A stretch of DNA of 62,057 nt, counting the filler, from Gonapodya sp. JEL0774 (taxonomy: Eukaryota), in assembly GCA_027604505.1 (NCBI GenBank). It is 14 parts of 14 records of this genome, joined end to end, with 100 filler letters (N's around TTAATTAATTAA, not from the genome) between each part and the next. Parts side by side here need not be neighbours in the genome. Positions count along the whole stretch, not along the records: positions 31,191 to 35,527 come from JADIIX010000975.1; positions 35,628 to 39,956 come from JADIIX010000976.1; positions 40,057 to 44,380 come from JADIIX010000977.1; positions 44,481 to 48,802 come from JADIIX010000978.1; 10 more parts are not named here. One strand, given 5' to 3'. Both the position numbers and the translations under genes were made by a program. Under the pieces are notes generated by a model. It was given only the letters and a program-made list of their open reading frames with translations, had not been told where the DNA came from and did not search any database. Below are positions 32,908 to 46,765 of the stretch, in pieces (the first letter of the stretch is position 1; the number at the start of each line of letters is the position of its first letter).

Positions 32908-35527
32908 TCAGGCCTCCAACGCAATCGGTTTGGTGACTTCGGACTCATTAACAATAGCAGCCGCCTTCTTCTTTGCTTCCCAGAGAGACCAGTTGTGCTC
33001 TACAACAATCATGATCATAACAATGACAGTGAGGACAGCACAGATTGCAAATGCTGGAACATAGCGTGGCGCCCAGTCCGATCGGAACATGAATGTGGAT
33101 ATCGCTCCCGCAATATTGCCTGATCAAATGAAAAGAGTATGTCAATATCAATCTGACCGAGGGCAAGCTTAGTAGCTGAGTGACTCACCAACGGCGCCCA
33201 TCAATGCCGTTGCCGTGGCTCCGCCAGTGGTTCCAACTGTCGATCCCGTTCGCCAAGCCCAGACCAACGGAATGAAAGGGAATACGCCACAGCTTGCAAG
33301 AAAACTTGAAAAGTAAAGCTGATCACAGTAACTCATCAGATCGAACATACATTAACAGGCGAACCATAGAGCTTCACGAGAACTCACCAGTCCAGGGCCT
33401 CCTGGCTGGGCCGGGTCAACGGTGCAGAACATGATCAGTGCGATGAGCAGCAATGTGCAAATGCCAAGCATGTGCTTTACACGTTCTTGGAGACGGTCGG
33501 AGTCTGGTGATTGCAACAATAAAATCGATCACCCTCTTAAACATTTCGCTGGAAACACTCACTCCATGTTACCGCAAGCGCTACGACCCAGGCGACTAGG
33601 TATGGTGGGACTGTCATCAAAGTTGCCGTTGTTGACTGTGTACGTAAAAGTTGTGGCGCTTTTGTCAATGTAATCCCCATACTCGCAATGAAACAGCAAC
33701 CTCGTACTGTAAATCCCATGTTCCGGACGATCGTCGGTAACCAGTAGACCCACGCGTAGCCGGAAAGGTTACAGACAAAGTACTGAGAGACAGTATATTG
33801 GTGAATCAGAGCAGAATAGTCACTACTTCGGTTCTCCAAAAAAAAACGATGAAGTTCTTCTGTCAACTTACCAGAACTGCCATCATCCATGCATGGGGAT
33901 CTGTCATAGTCCTGACGAATTCGTCCTTGTCAAAGTCCTTGTCGAGGGCAGACGGTGCGTTGGCGCCCCTCCGGTGTTCGATCCACTCCTTCTCCGCATC
34001 GGTAAGCCAAGAGACAGTGTGTGGAAACTACGACGACAAAAAAACCAGGAAGTATTAAAAAAGTATGATTTGAAATTTATTGGAGTATTTGACTCACACC
34101 AGGAAGAATCCACCACGTGAGAACCCCGCAGACAATTGAGGGAACCCCCTCCACTAAGCCCACCAACAAACAGTCAGTTCTGAAACAAAAACAAGGATGA
34201 TACCAAGAATAAGTCAGACTTACGTATGAATATCCACCGCCAACCAGCATAGCCACCAACGCCATTCATGAAACTGATGCCATATGCAAGAAGTCCCCCA
34301 AAGGCGCCAGCAAGGTTTGCACTGCAATAAAAAATACTGCATCGCTTCGCGAACTCTTTCTGTTAGTAAAATACAACACGTTAAGACCTGATCGCTCAGA
34401 GGATCGGGGATACTGGGCACATACTTGAGAGTACCAAATGCTATGCGACGTGAAATTGAAATGTTGGGGAACATCCGGTGGACCTGCGCAAAAAATCCTT
34501 CTCACCTTAGAATAAACACTGATAGCGAAAAGGGATGGAAAGCGAGAATGGGTACTTCGTGGCTCACGCATAAACGTGTCCAATATTCACTTACTCATGC
34601 CAGGAAAGTAGCCTGCCTCAGCGACGCCCAAAAAGAAGCGTGTAATTGCCAGAGATGCTCGATCTTGACAGAATGCGAGACACATAGCACAAATACCTGA
34701 GATGACGTGGAGAGGCATTTCAGCATGTCTCGCCACATATTCACGGGAGCTACTACACTCACCCCAAGTAACCTAGCATAATGCGCGAATAGTTGGTAAT
34801 AGTTGGATTGACCATATCATCGAATTCGTGAGTGATCGGGAGAAATGGTTTGCTTCAACTGATCCTACCATGATTCGAGAAATCCATCGTGCTGGGCCTA
34901 CTCGTTTCACCTGGTAAGATGGGAAACGATAAATTGACACACGATCACAGTTCAAATTAGATTGAGAAAGGGAGGTTCATACGACCGGCACCCAAGAAGC
35001 ACTCACAATGAGGTTGGATGGAACTTCAAACAGAACGTAACCGACAAAGAAGACACTACAATTGAGAAATATAGTCTTTGATCGTTGTCTTTCACCATGA
35101 TCGGGTGCCATGCCACAGTCGCTGCTCACCTGATAGCAGCTTGCCAGTCCGTATCAGTGAGACCCAGTTGAGTTAAGGGATCCGCTTTAGGTATCGCGTC
35201 GTTGTTGGCTATTTTCACGGCACCCATGTTTGTGCGGCTACATAGAAATTGAACTTGGGCGCTTGGAATGGGACAATGACACAACCCGGCGGAATTCTCA
35301 CTCCAGGTAGTTCAGTAAGTACAGCCATGAGCTCCAGGGCATCAGATGCCAATCGACCCTACACATGCGTGAAACACTGTGATATGCGAACGAGTTGGGA
35401 TTATAGGGATCACCTACTTCCACAGCGTTGCCCGTTGCTCCTCTGGGGTAAGTTTGGTGACATACTCTCCACTCTTTGCGAACTCCCCGTGCTCAATCTG
35501 AGATTTGTTGTAAGCCATTGGGCGTTT
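32908..35527 (-). CDS. MFS transporter, anion:cation symporter (Dal5/Tna1-like), many introns, 5' truncated
   Basis: Exons FFVGYVLFEVPSNL, VKRVGPARWISRIMV, GAFGGLLAYGI, VEGVPSIVCG, WLPTIVRNMGF, LMTVPPYLVAW and GNIAGAISTFMF..APRY. Confidence 0.9.
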
Positions 35528-35789
35528 NNNNNNNNNNNNNNNNNNNNNNNNNNNNNNNNNNNNNNNNNNNNTTAATTAATTAANNNNNNNNNNNNNNNNN
35601 NNNNNNNNNNNNNNNNNNNNNNNNNNNAGTTTTGTCGTAGCGTTATTGGTTAGTGAGCTACACTAGGGAACGTGGGTAACTTGGTGCACACACTTGGGGA
35701 CGGTGCTATGGTCGTTGGATAAACTATATTAAGCCTTTTTTGTATGAACGTGTTTGAAGAAGAATATCATACCGCTTAACAATAAGGAT

Positions 35790-36704
35790 ACCTGAAACCA
35801 TGATCGATGAAAATTGAATTTGTTTGCTTGGAATTCAGGCACTCTGTGTGCTACTTCCCTGTTTCACCTTCCCCAATTGCCTGGCTGTTACTGTCCTCAC
35901 CTTTGGTCACTTCACAGACAAGCTCTCCCATGTTGTCTCATATCTTGTGGACAACGTCACGTGTAAAGCAAAGGAAATTTTGACATGGGGTACTCAGCAG
36001 CTGACCCCAGCGCTACTAAAGCAGTTGTGCCAGGCTGTCCACACTGCTGGGTCCCTGCTTCAAACAGTCTTTGGATTCACTAACAGAATAGAGCACCAAA
36101 GAGCACAACCAACACATCATCAAAGGAAGTTCTACAGGGGACATGAACATCAGCATTCGCTGAAGTTTTAAGGAGTGGTGACCCTGGACGGGATTGTCAC
36201 ACATCTATGTGGACCTTTTCTGGGCCTGGATCACAACATCACAATTTATAGACTGAGCCAACTCCATGATATTGTTGCACAGCTTAGTGAGCTGATGATT
36301 GTATACCACTTTCTCATCTAGTCTCAAAGTATTCCCTGTGCACAGGTTTCAGGCCAAACCACAAACCATACAAAATCTACAGAGACCCTGCCTACTTCCC
36401 CAGCAACAGGCATCTTGTTAGACCTTGGAAGTTGCAACACTTGATGCCACAACAGCAGCAGTACAACACTTCCAACAGTGCTATAGAGATTGCGATTGAG
36501 TGGGCATCGGGCAAGCCGGCAACTCTCTTTGCGTTTTTGAACTACTACCGGGCCCTCAAAGTGGAGTTGTCACATGCAGCATGTTATTGTCGCGCTAGTA
36601 TCTTCATGGCTATCGCTCCTACATTCTTTTTTGGGGGGGAAACAGGTGATAAGTTCTGTGTCAATCCCCGCTCAATTGTGACCTATTTGCAACCATATAT
36701 GTAA
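35790..36704 (+). mobile_element. PIF/Harbinger DDE transposase pseudogene
   Basis: VFGFTNR...QRKFYRGHEHQHSLKF*GVVTLDGIVTHLCGPFLG, IYRDPAY and NTSNSAIEIAIEWASGK. Catalytic residues are degraded and stops are present. CpG-poor. Confidence 0.8.
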
Positions 36705-36749
36705 CAACTTTACATTGAAATACACTGCTACTGTTTGTGGCTTACAAAA

Positions 36750-37360
36750 CTTCTAAACATCTCTGTAATCATCTGTTGGTTTGCAGCAGTCAACTTTATT
36801 TGCCCTTTCTCCACCTCAGCTTTATTTCCTTCATTCTCCTCTCTTCTCCTTGCTTTGCTATTGTGAGGTATCCCTCCTTGAGCAGTTCCTTGAGCCTAAG
36901 AAGGCTTTTCTGGGCATCTGACACAGCCTCCCCCTTTTCTTACTGTTTGTGATGTCCTCTGCAGTCTAATCCTCATCCTCATCTCCCATTTGTAGCGTAT
37001 GCTTCTTGGAGAGTGTTTCTGTGGCGTTCTGTCTGGTGTCTGATGGAGAAGTGAGTCAACATAACAGAAACAACCAGCTCTGCTCCCACTCACCAGCTGC
37101 AAGTTCATATCCCGTTTTCTTTTAACCAACATGTTCTCCTTGTTGTTGGCAAGGTCGTCATTGAAGGCAGTTTGCTATGGTGACATCTATTTGCAACAAT
37201 GATATCCCCAACCACCACTCAAAACACAATGTATCACATCACTCATGACTCATCATGTAAGTATACTCTTCCACATTGCATCCAGTGGCAGCTCCTCCTG
37301 GTTTTCTCCTGTGAGCTTTTTGGAAGCTGTGTTCTGCTGCTCCCAGGCAATCCTTTGATT
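36750..37360 (-). pseudogene. Probable degraded Harbinger ORF2 (convergent, charged/coiled-coil tail)
   Basis: Convergent to the transposase, as in two-ORF Harbinger elements. K/E-rich fragments with stops. Family inferred from position only. Confidence 0.4.
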
Positions 37361-37399
37361 AGGACAAAGAGAAGGGGGTCATGCGAGCTGCTCGGCAAA

Positions 37400-39879
37400 G
37401 GTTGCCAGGCCCCACTCGGGTCGGGGAAAGCTCACAAAGAGGGGTGAGTCGATGGTTTGTATTTTGCGACACACAAAGTGTGTGGCAAAATCGTGGTTGT
37501 GTGCACGGCCCAGTGCACGTAGTGAAAAACGATAGAGACCTCCCCACTCGGTCGTTTATCCCAGCTGGGCCCCATTTTGGACACCCTCCAGCACTGTAAG
37601 TCCGCGCTGCCTTCCATGGCGATTGCAATCGCCTGGTTGGTGGGGAGTGCCGCCCCATATCTTCCCCTCGAAGGCTCCTGCCACCTCCCCATATCCATCG
37701 GTCGCCGGGACGCCCTCTGGACATGGATCCCCCTGCTGGGGGCATGGATTCTTGTTCATTAAGGTATGTTGTAGCCCCGCAGTCCTTTGGTTTCAGTCTT
37801 ACTGACCGAATCGATGATCGACGACATCGATTTTCAACTCGTGACTCCATCTGGTCACGAGGGCAGGCGGCATCGGCCTCTCATCGCTACAGCACAATGC
37901 CACATACCTACGGTGTGTGTGGGACGTGGCGCATGCTTGCCATCATTCCCCTGAGGCACAGGGGCAGCGGCTCTCGCCACTGCCCCGGAACGGCCTTTCC
38001 TTTGCAAGGATCAGCCGCTCCACACGCCCCCACACCCCGCCGTCAGACCATTGCTCACTAGAGCTTTGGTCTGAGGGCATGCTTGTCGGGCCACCGGCCT
38101 TTCGAGCACCTGTTCGACTGTCACCCCCGAAGGAGCTCCAGGCCGCGCAGGACCCCGTCCAGCCCTTTGGGGCTAGCGCAGGGCGGGTTCTACCCACCCC
38201 CACACATTCTGGTGTGTGGCTGGGGGGCTCCCCTGGGCCACTTGCGCTTTCGGCGCAGGCTTCATGCCCAACCCGTTGGGACTGCTTCCCTCCAGTCTCG
38301 CACTGCTGAGGTTTTGTTCTCTGCAAGACTCAACCTTTCGGCATGTGCAAACCAACTTGCTCTTGCCTTGGGAAGAGGCTCGAGCGTTTTTGGTGGAGCG
38401 TGTGGACAGGGGGTCTCAACACCCCGGTCCCACCTCTGGCACGCACCATCCACGGGGAAACGCTGTGCGTTTTTCCCCGCGATGCGCCACACCGCTCCAA
38501 ACACTGTTGCTCTACACGGGCATGCGTACTAACCACGTTGGCGTCCCCCCCCGGCCCCGTTCTGCGCGTTTTCACGTTGTCATTCGAGTTTCACACCGTC
38601 TGACCCCGTCCAGTCCCTCCCAGATCATGTCTCAACATTCTGGCAAGCGCGACTGCGACACGTCTCCTCCCCCAGAGGAGCAACCACCCTGCTCAAAGGC
38701 TCGGGGCAATGACGTTTCTATGTCTCGCTCCGACCTCGAAGAACTCTTGGCTCAGGTTGCCTCTATGGCCACCAAGGAAGCCCTTGCGTCCCATGGACCA
38801 ACTTCCTCTTCTTCTGCGGTGAGTGTTTTTCCTGGGTGCCCCACCCTCCTTACGTATTGCTGACTGCCCCGGTCCCTTCTCCTGGGCCATCACGCCCAAG
38901 TCTCAGGCGCTTGCAGATGATGCGCGCGACCAAGCGCAGAAGGAGAAGGACCGCAAGTACCAGGCCCTCCAGGCATGCAAAGCTGCTGAAGCCGCCTCTG
39001 CAGCTAAGCTGCTTCGCCAGACCATGGATGGAAAGTGGGTCCCTGTATCCCAGCAAGACAACGGCATCATGCTCCTGAGTGCCTTCCTCGGAGCCAAGGT
39101 CGATCCACGGCAGCGCACGCTTATCCTCACCAGCGCCGCCTCCTCCTGGTCTCCCACTCGTGCCACCTCCACATCTCTACCCATCGAGGTAGACTTGGAG
39201 GACAATATGGGCATGGATCTCGACGCTGTCCACTTCTCTGAGCGTGGCTCCAACGACGGTGACGAGAGAGACTGGAACTTCGATTCCGATGATGACAGTT
39301 TCTCATCACGCTCCGGCTCCCGTGCCTCCAGCCCCAGCGTCCCGGGCTCCGGCTCCGTTGATCCTTTCTCAATCAACCCCAACAAGCCCCTCCCCAATCC
39401 GGGGATTGATGTCCACGGTGTGCGGTCCAAGTGTTTGGCGCCAGCCAAGCCAGCCTTCCACCCCCGTATCGCCAAGTTCGCGGGCCCCTACGGGGATGGC
39501 GCTTTCTCCTTCCTCCTCCCCCCTTCCAAAACCGCTGACTGGAAGAGGGCGAACAAGGACCTCAAAACCGCTGCGGGCATGGCCGCGACTTTGGTCCCCA
39601 AGGGTTTCCGGGATGACCTCATCGAGCCCCTCCGCACTGCTCACGGCTACTCCGCTGACAGAGCAAAGAGCGCTGTCACCAAACTTATGCGCGCTGACAG
39701 TGACGCTTGGCAACTCCAAGACGAGGCTCTCGTCTTTCTCGCCCCAATGCTTGATGGCGCCTCTGACATCCTCTCCTTCATGGAGGAACAAGAGGCCCAG
39801 GTCACCCACATGATCCAGCTCGCCAGCGATATCCCACCTCACAAGAAACTCCTTGCCGAGTGGGAGACTCTGGACGAGA
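37400..39879 (+). mobile_element. GC-rich element with a gag-like ORF (~38626-39879), possibly DIRS-type, interrupted by a copia-type LTR
   Basis: Abrupt shift to GC/CpG-rich sequence near 37400. The long ORF has a Ser/Asp-rich region and ADSDAWQLQDEALVFLAPML, reminiscent of DIRS gag. No RT is visible before the interruption. Confidence 0.4.
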
Positions 39880-39955
39880 TGTTGATGTAACCACTGGGCC
39901 AAGTGCAAAACCTGTACAGAGGCAGAGTGCTGGATTCTTATATATAATCTCAACA
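39880..39955 (-). mobile_element. 76-bp copia-type LTR (second copy)
   Basis: TGTTGA...TCAACA, 72/76 identical to 18067-18142. The contig breaks 1 bp later. Confidence 0.85.
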
Positions 39956-41088
39956 CNNNNNNNNNNNNNNNNNNNNNNNNNNNNNNNNNNNNNNNNNNNN
40001 TTAATTAATTAANNNNNNNNNNNNNNNNNNNNNNNNNNNNNNNNNNNNNNNNNNNNGACGTTTTAGGAAAGAAAGGGAAACAAAATTTTGCCGGAGGAAA
40101 CATTTCACCCGATTATTCACTCCTTACTAAGGCGTGCAAGGTCAAAACCGATAGAACACAAGATTCAGAAAGCTCCAAAAGGCGCTGGATCTGTGCACTG
40201 CAATTTCTCAAAGGCTGGAGGCCGTTCTTGAGTTACCGGGGGATCGCGACCGGGAAAGGTGATCATTCCAACCACCGACAAGATTCAAGAGCCTGTTACT
40301 GACTGAAATGGAGTTTTGTTCCCCTTTGTAAATGTACTTGCATAGAGTCTCGATTCAAAGTGGGCCGGAGAGTGTCGGTTACAAGGGATTCAGGCGCGCC
40401 GAACCCGCCCATCGGACACGGGTGATAACGAAGCCCAAGTGCATCGTAGTGATCCGGGCCCATTGGTATCTCAGTTGAACTTATTTTCTGCGGCATCTGA
40501 CCTCCCTCAAATGCAAGCACGTTACTTTCCGTGACTTCTGGTGGAGGGAAACCAACGAGGACTAATTGTGACGTCATAGCGCCTTAACTACACTCAATGC
40601 GCCCAATTGTATATCCTTTACCAAAAGCATCCATCTTTTAATCGTATGTTACTGTGTTGGAGTTCCACTAACCCTAATTGAGTCTGCCCCTACTCCACGG
40701 AGAGGTCGGTGGACCAACTCGCAGATTGGAGAGTGATGTGGGTGTTGTCAGCCCGGTGACGTAGATCGACGGATAGCTATAAGTTAGAGCGCCGGGACAG
40801 TGTGGAGGGTCAATGTACGAAGTGCGGCTGGATCTTGGTGAGTACCATGATTCTTCGTAGTGTTTCTCCATTCACGGGTCGGAGCTTATATATCTCAGCC
40901 CTATGTTGAAGATCAATTCATCATAACCATTGGGGCATTGGTCACGTTCGGGACACGCACAGGAGGAGCGAAATCACGTGCATTCGTGCAAAAGAGTAAC
41001 GTTGTGCAGTATTGACAAAACTTTGTACAAACAAGAAACTCTAATTCTATTCTATGCAAGTCAGTACCGAATACACATGTCATTCATC

Positions 41089-42169
41089 TCACGCGAGATC
41101 CATGAGCACCAACTCGGCAGCCCCTTCTCCGTCGTTCCTCACCACCAAAGATCCAGACTGGCTGTCGAACCCTGTAACAAACAGTCCGTCTCCGTGAGAG
41201 AGAGTCGCTTCCCCAGCATCTGAAGATCCAGTGGAGTTTGGAATCGAGATGGTGAGTTTCGCGCCAGGGTTGTTCTGCACGAGATGGAGGTAGAGCCGGC
41301 GTGGTGAAGAGTCTGGAGCCACAACTTGTCCAACGTCTGGTGTCCGATAAACAACCTCCTTCCCCGGATCCACCAGCGCCGCCGACATCCAAAAGTCGCT
41401 GTGTATCGCGATAGGTGCACTGGCGTCGGGGTGTGTCGGCTTCAAGGAGTCACGTTTGTCCTCGGGAGCGATGAGAGTGGCGAAATTGTTCTTCTTGCAC
41501 GAGTCTGGATAAGTACCGGTAGAGTAGCCTGGGCGAAGGCGAGTGTTGGCCGGAAGGTTCCAGATCTGAAGGAAGTGCACAGGGTCAGTCTTCGAGGCGT
41601 TGTATTCACTTGTGGAATGGGACGAAATGGCGTAAAGAGTCAGCATTATGTACGTACGGAACAGCACAGGGTAGAGTAACAGGGCGACTCACCTATGTGC
41701 GATACCGGTTCCGGCAGTTGTGAACTGAATACTCCCCCGCCCTACAATCTCGTGGTGCCCTGCACTACCCTTGTGTTCGAGCTGCCCGTCCACCACGTAG
41801 CTGAAGATTTCGTATGCTCTATAGCGCGTTTTCATTATGGGATGAAAAGGCGAGCACATGAGTATCACGTCGCAGCTTGCCACGAACACACGTTTGACGA
41901 CACTCACCTGTGCGGGTGAGCTCCGAATCCTTTCCCCGGCTTGACCTTGTCCTCGTTCAGGACTCTCAGAGTTCCAAAGCCGTCGAACTTAGGATCGTGG
42001 TAGTCGGCGAAGGAGAATGTCTGGAGAGTCCAGTCGCGATGTCAGTTCAGGAACTGTAATGCACCACAAAAAGGAGCACACACAATCCACTCACGTGGTA
42101 GGTATCAAGCCATCCAAGGTTGGCGTGCCCACGGTCTGCGCTCTTCCTCACAGTAAAAGTCGGTGCCAT
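41089..42169 (-). CDS. Pirin-like bicupin (YhhW/quercetin 2,3-dioxygenase type)
   Basis: Spliced [35 protein letters not shown]...LRVLNEDKV..GFGAHPHRAYEIFSYV..LEHK..TAGTGIAHSEYN..HFLQIW. Confidence 0.93.
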
Positions 42170-42808
42170 CGGAAGTTTTCTTGTCGGTGGTTGAAAGTGA
42201 TGTGAGTTGGGAAATTGGCTCTTCAGATGTGAATCGCTCGTAAAGTGGAGTATGTTGTTGGAAGAATTCGAAATGATGCGGATCCCATCTTGGAGTAGCC
42301 TTCTTATAGCACTCGAACATCTCCGGATTGATAATCGGCACGTTCTCGTACATTCGAGTTTGGGAGGGAACTTTGGTAAGATCGGTTCGGGTAAATCATT
42401 TAGACGCTAGCTTAAATCATTTCACCCATTAGCCAACGAAGTCGTTACTCATGGGATAAGAGTGTCATCCAGTACTCACCTCGCGGCAGCTCCGGTACTC
42501 AAACTTGTAATGTGACATTTTCTTCCCACTAAATTTGCTGCGGCTAATGTGAAACGGTGTTTGTCCATTATGCAAATCGCTCGGAACTACATTTCATCTT
42601 GAAGGAGCACAACTTAAATATACTTGAATTCATTACATAATGTAGATTCATCATCTGCTGGTGAACAAACGCTACACGAGGTTTCCCTCCAAAACATCCA
42701 ATAATGCAGCAAAACTTCCCCGTCCCGTCATCACAATGCCAATTCGAGTTCCCGGCCTGCATGGGATCCGAAAGGCAAATGTACTCTCATATTGTTCAAA
42801 TTTGGGAA

Positions 42809-44380
42809 CTACCCTGCTCTCCCACCCGCAGCAACTCCACCTCCTCGGCCTCCGGCTCCGGCTCCACCCGAAACTCTCTCCACCCTCGATGCCGTCACCA
42901 AATCACCAGTCGACATATCCCTCCGGTGGCCTCCAATACCGCCATGGTCGCTAATTGAGGGTCCCTCATATTCGTATAATCTGTCGTCAAAGTCCCTTAT
43001 GTCATCGTACTCGTCGTCATCATACTCGTCTGTCCGGTCATTCAAGCCCGATTCAATGTGGCTGTTAATCGACGAAAGAGTAAGCGGTGAAGTCGCTCGA
43101 GGTCGGAGGGAAGGTGATGTAGATTCTAATGTTGGAGAGCGGTTTGTGGGTGGGGGAGACATGGTGCCCGACCTTTGCACGCTGTGGAACGAAGGGGGAG
43201 GTGGGTCGTACGTGGGTGGCGAGATATCTAAAACACACGTCCACGGTAATGAAAGGCCCTGTCAATGCCGCATTCCGCTCGACCATCATAGAGGTTTGCA
43301 TTACAAAACCCACCTTCCTCCCCTAGCAGCCCTCTTTCCTCCTCTCCCTCGTTCGTCACCCCACTCGCCCTAGCCAGAACCAACCCCGCTTGCTCCTCGC
43401 CTACGTGCGACTCTGGCACCTCCGCCTGGTACATCGGAAGTTGCTCCGAGCGTCCCGAGAGCGTGGACCGTTGGCTGAAGGCCCGTTGGACAAAAGTGTG
43501 CTCGAGACCTGAGGAAGTGGACAGCCGGGGTCGGCCGGGGTGGCTGGGGAACTGATGGTAGCGGCCTACGTTGAGTGAATCGAAAGAAAACATCATGGTC
43601 CTCGTATCATTGTACACATCGTGGTATTAATCTCGTCTCACCTCCACGCTTCACTGTCCACCTGCCCCACACATTGCACACCAATGCGACCACCACCAAC
43701 AGCACCACGATCCCCACCATAATTATTGGAAATACCCCGGAACTGATGCTTGACGATGATACCTCGGTGGAGGCCGGGGAGAGTGTCGGCGCTGGATCCA
43801 CCATGGCCGCTGGTCCCACTCCCGACGTCTGATTCCGGGCAGGGAGCCGACCCGACTCCTTGCTCGACGACGACTCGTTGGACGCCTGAGTACTTTCAAA
43901 CACCGTCGTGGAAGGTAACATAGATGCCGAAAGGACACAAGCGGGGTTGGAAGGACATGCGCATGACGCGGGGGTGGTGGATTGGCAGGCACGGGGGTAC
44001 GAGACAGTGCATGTGTAAAGGTTCCCACTGTGCGAGGCGTGGTACGATGATTCGTTTCCGGCTGCGGCCGGGGAGGAAGACGGGGATGAGGTTGTGGTAT
44101 TGAGAGTCAATGGAGACGATGTGATGGGGAGTGAGCAGAGGGCGAGGTTTGAAGGTAGAACATCGTCAACCGATCCTGACAAGTCATTGTTTGAGATCAA
44201 ATATACGTCAGAAAGGTTCGTGAGTGTGGTGAGGTTGGGAAGAGCGCCCGAGAGGGAATTAAAAGAGAGGTCGAGGTGGGTTAAGGAGGACAGAGAGGCG
44301 AGCGAGGAAGGGATGGAGCCCGAAAGGTTGCATGAAGATGCGGCAAAGAAGTGGAGGTTGGGTGGGAGAGTTAGTAAAGG
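42809..44380 (-). CDS. Extracellular LRR, single-TM receptor-like protein (5' truncated)
   Basis: CNLSGSIPSSLASLSSLTHLDLSFNSLSGALP (plant-type LRR consensus), Ser/Thr stalk, TM GVFPIIMVGIVVLLVVVALV, low-complexity tail. 3' end approximate. Confidence 0.7.
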
Positions 44381-44877
44381 NNNNNNNNNNNNNNNNNNNN
44401 NNNNNNNNNNNNNNNNNNNNNNNNTTAATTAATTAANNNNNNNNNNNNNNNNNNNNNNNNNNNNNNNNNNNNNNNNNNNNAGATGGAGTGAAGGTTCGTT
44501 CGGATCTCCCGTGGTCTAGGGTGATAACTGGGAGTCTACTACCGGCTACCACGAAGGATGCAAAGGAGGCGAAAGATGTATAATGTACTGGAACTTGCGG
44601 AGTTGGCATTTTAGATACTCTACTTGCAATTGCTGTCTCGAAAGGCCTACGACGCCAATTGGAGGATTATTAGCAGTGTGCTTTCATTGAAATTTTTGTT
44701 GAGAGCCAACATGTTTACCCATACTTGTGTCGGAAAGTCGTCGTAATCACTTTCTGATTTCCTCTGTAATACGAAACATGTTTCAATTGCTCTTTACTTG
44801 ACCGTTCTCCAAATGTCGCGAGTTTACTTGATATTTTAGATGATCAAACATTGTAGTGTTTTCTGGCTTCAGTTGAT

Positions 44878-46252
44878 CTACAATTTCATCAGTTTTGGGG
44901 AGCCGCTTTCACTCCACCTGTTTGAGTCAGAAGCAAAGGTGCGAGAGCAAACACCTGAGGAATAATATAGTTGTTGTGACACCCAATGACACTTACCAAG
45001 GATACCAGTCTGGCATGTCTTTTCGCACAGTCTTTTGATAACGAGGAAGGCGCTTCTCGACGAAAGCTCGACCTGCTTCCCCTGCTTCGCCGAGACCACT
45101 CAGATGTGCCTAGTTTCAAAGATGGTTATGCCTCAGGAGGTGCTACTCGAAACTGCGCATGTACAGGTCACTCACCAATGCACGCCCCTCGAGCTTTGCC
45201 TGATCATTTGCTGTCGCGGCACCGTTCCATGTTAACGCCTTCGTCAGTGCGAGCGCTACCGGGTGACAGTTCTCGGCAATGCTGCTGGCGATTTCCAGGG
45301 CTTTCGGCAGCACGTCCTTCAACGAGAAAACCACCATTATCAATGCGTTGCATCATGCATACTCCGAAGAGATCTCTTGAAACTTACCTGCGGATTCTTT
45401 ACGAGTCTGCTGAACATCCCGTGCAGGCGGTCGTCCTTGGCTGGAATAGTGTCCCCCGTCAAGAAAAGATCTATCGCTCTCGAATAACCTATAACATGAT
45501 ATGCATTCATGGTATGAAGCACCCGACTGTCGACCACACGAAGCTTGATATTCTCACCAATCAGTTTCGGGACAACGAAACTTGATGCGGCCTCTGGCAC
45601 AATAGCACGCCGGGTGAAAATGAAGCTAAAAAGCAAGAATTTCAAACTCGTTACTTCCACGGAGATGGTACTTGACGCACCCGATCTTGGCGTCTTCCCA
45701 AGCGACCCGGATGTCAGCCATGCAAGGCACAGTCATGCCCATACCTAAATCAGTGGTGCAAGCACTGAGGAAACGGACTTTGAGCCCCCTTTATTATTTG
45801 CAAATACTCACCGACGGCTGCACCTTGAATCGCTGCGATAATCGGTTTCTTGGCATTCATCATGACGGGGACGAGTGATGGTCTTTCCGACACAGGCTTG
45901 ACATCCTTAAGGCCATCGAATCCTTCGGCCTGTTTAGAAGAAAAAGACAATTACCGGTAAGTCTTTGACATCATCATGAAATATTACACACAGGGCCAGT
46001 GATGGTAAAACATACTTTCAAGTCGAATCCTGAGGAAAAGATCTTACCCTTCGATGCCAAAATAGAGCATTTGATCCGATCATCTTTGTCAAAGAGAATG
46101 AGCGCGTCACAGAACTCTCCGATGGTTCGGTAAGTCCATGAGTTTGCAGCGTGAGGTCGGTTCAGAAAAACTATTCCGATTCCAGGAGCTCGGATTTCCA
46201 CAGAGATTTCCTTGAATGCATTGTATTGAGCATCGAACTCCGTGATAGACAT
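44878..46252 (-). CDS. Enoyl-CoA hydratase/isomerase (crotonase) family protein
   Basis: LNRPHAANSWT, FSSGFDL, KPIIAAIQGAAVG, DIRVA, FTRRAIVPEAASS and AFVEKRLP..PDWYPWW, spliced. Confidence 0.92.
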
Positions 46253-46765
46253 TTTCTCCAAGCTTGCTTGATAAACTGTAACGAAGGATGTCGGCTGTGG
46301 GGATTCCGATCATGGGACTGCCGAAGCTCCGTCGGGCATGGATCTGCCCATCAACGACAACAATCGAACATAGAACTTTTCGTTGATTCTATTCTCACGA
46401 AGAGTTCCTTCCTTGGAAGCTCCATGAGATGTTCTGCGAACATTTCATTTAACTGTAATACACACGTAAGACACCTCAGACGACAACATGTGGGGCGGTA
46501 GTAATGGAACGGGTCTTTCTTAGTGAGCTCCAGTTTTGTAGCTGCCTTGCTTTGTGAAGCTCTCAAGCCAAGTGCCATGGGGTGGCCGGCTAAATTTCTG
46601 ACATGCCTACTAGATTTCCCGCCCATTCCTCACAAGCGACATCTCAGTTCTGTTTCCCGAAGTTCTGACAAGACTTGCCTGCCGGGACTAGCTGACGTTT
46701 ACACTCATCCTGCAACAGCTGACTGAGCGTCTGCTGTCAACCGAAATTCGCACGTTGACACTGCA

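Noticed and set aside
40057..41000. Possible gene or RNA in the left part of contig 10
   Set aside because: Only short ORFs without motifs, and no tRNA/rRNA-like structure recognised.
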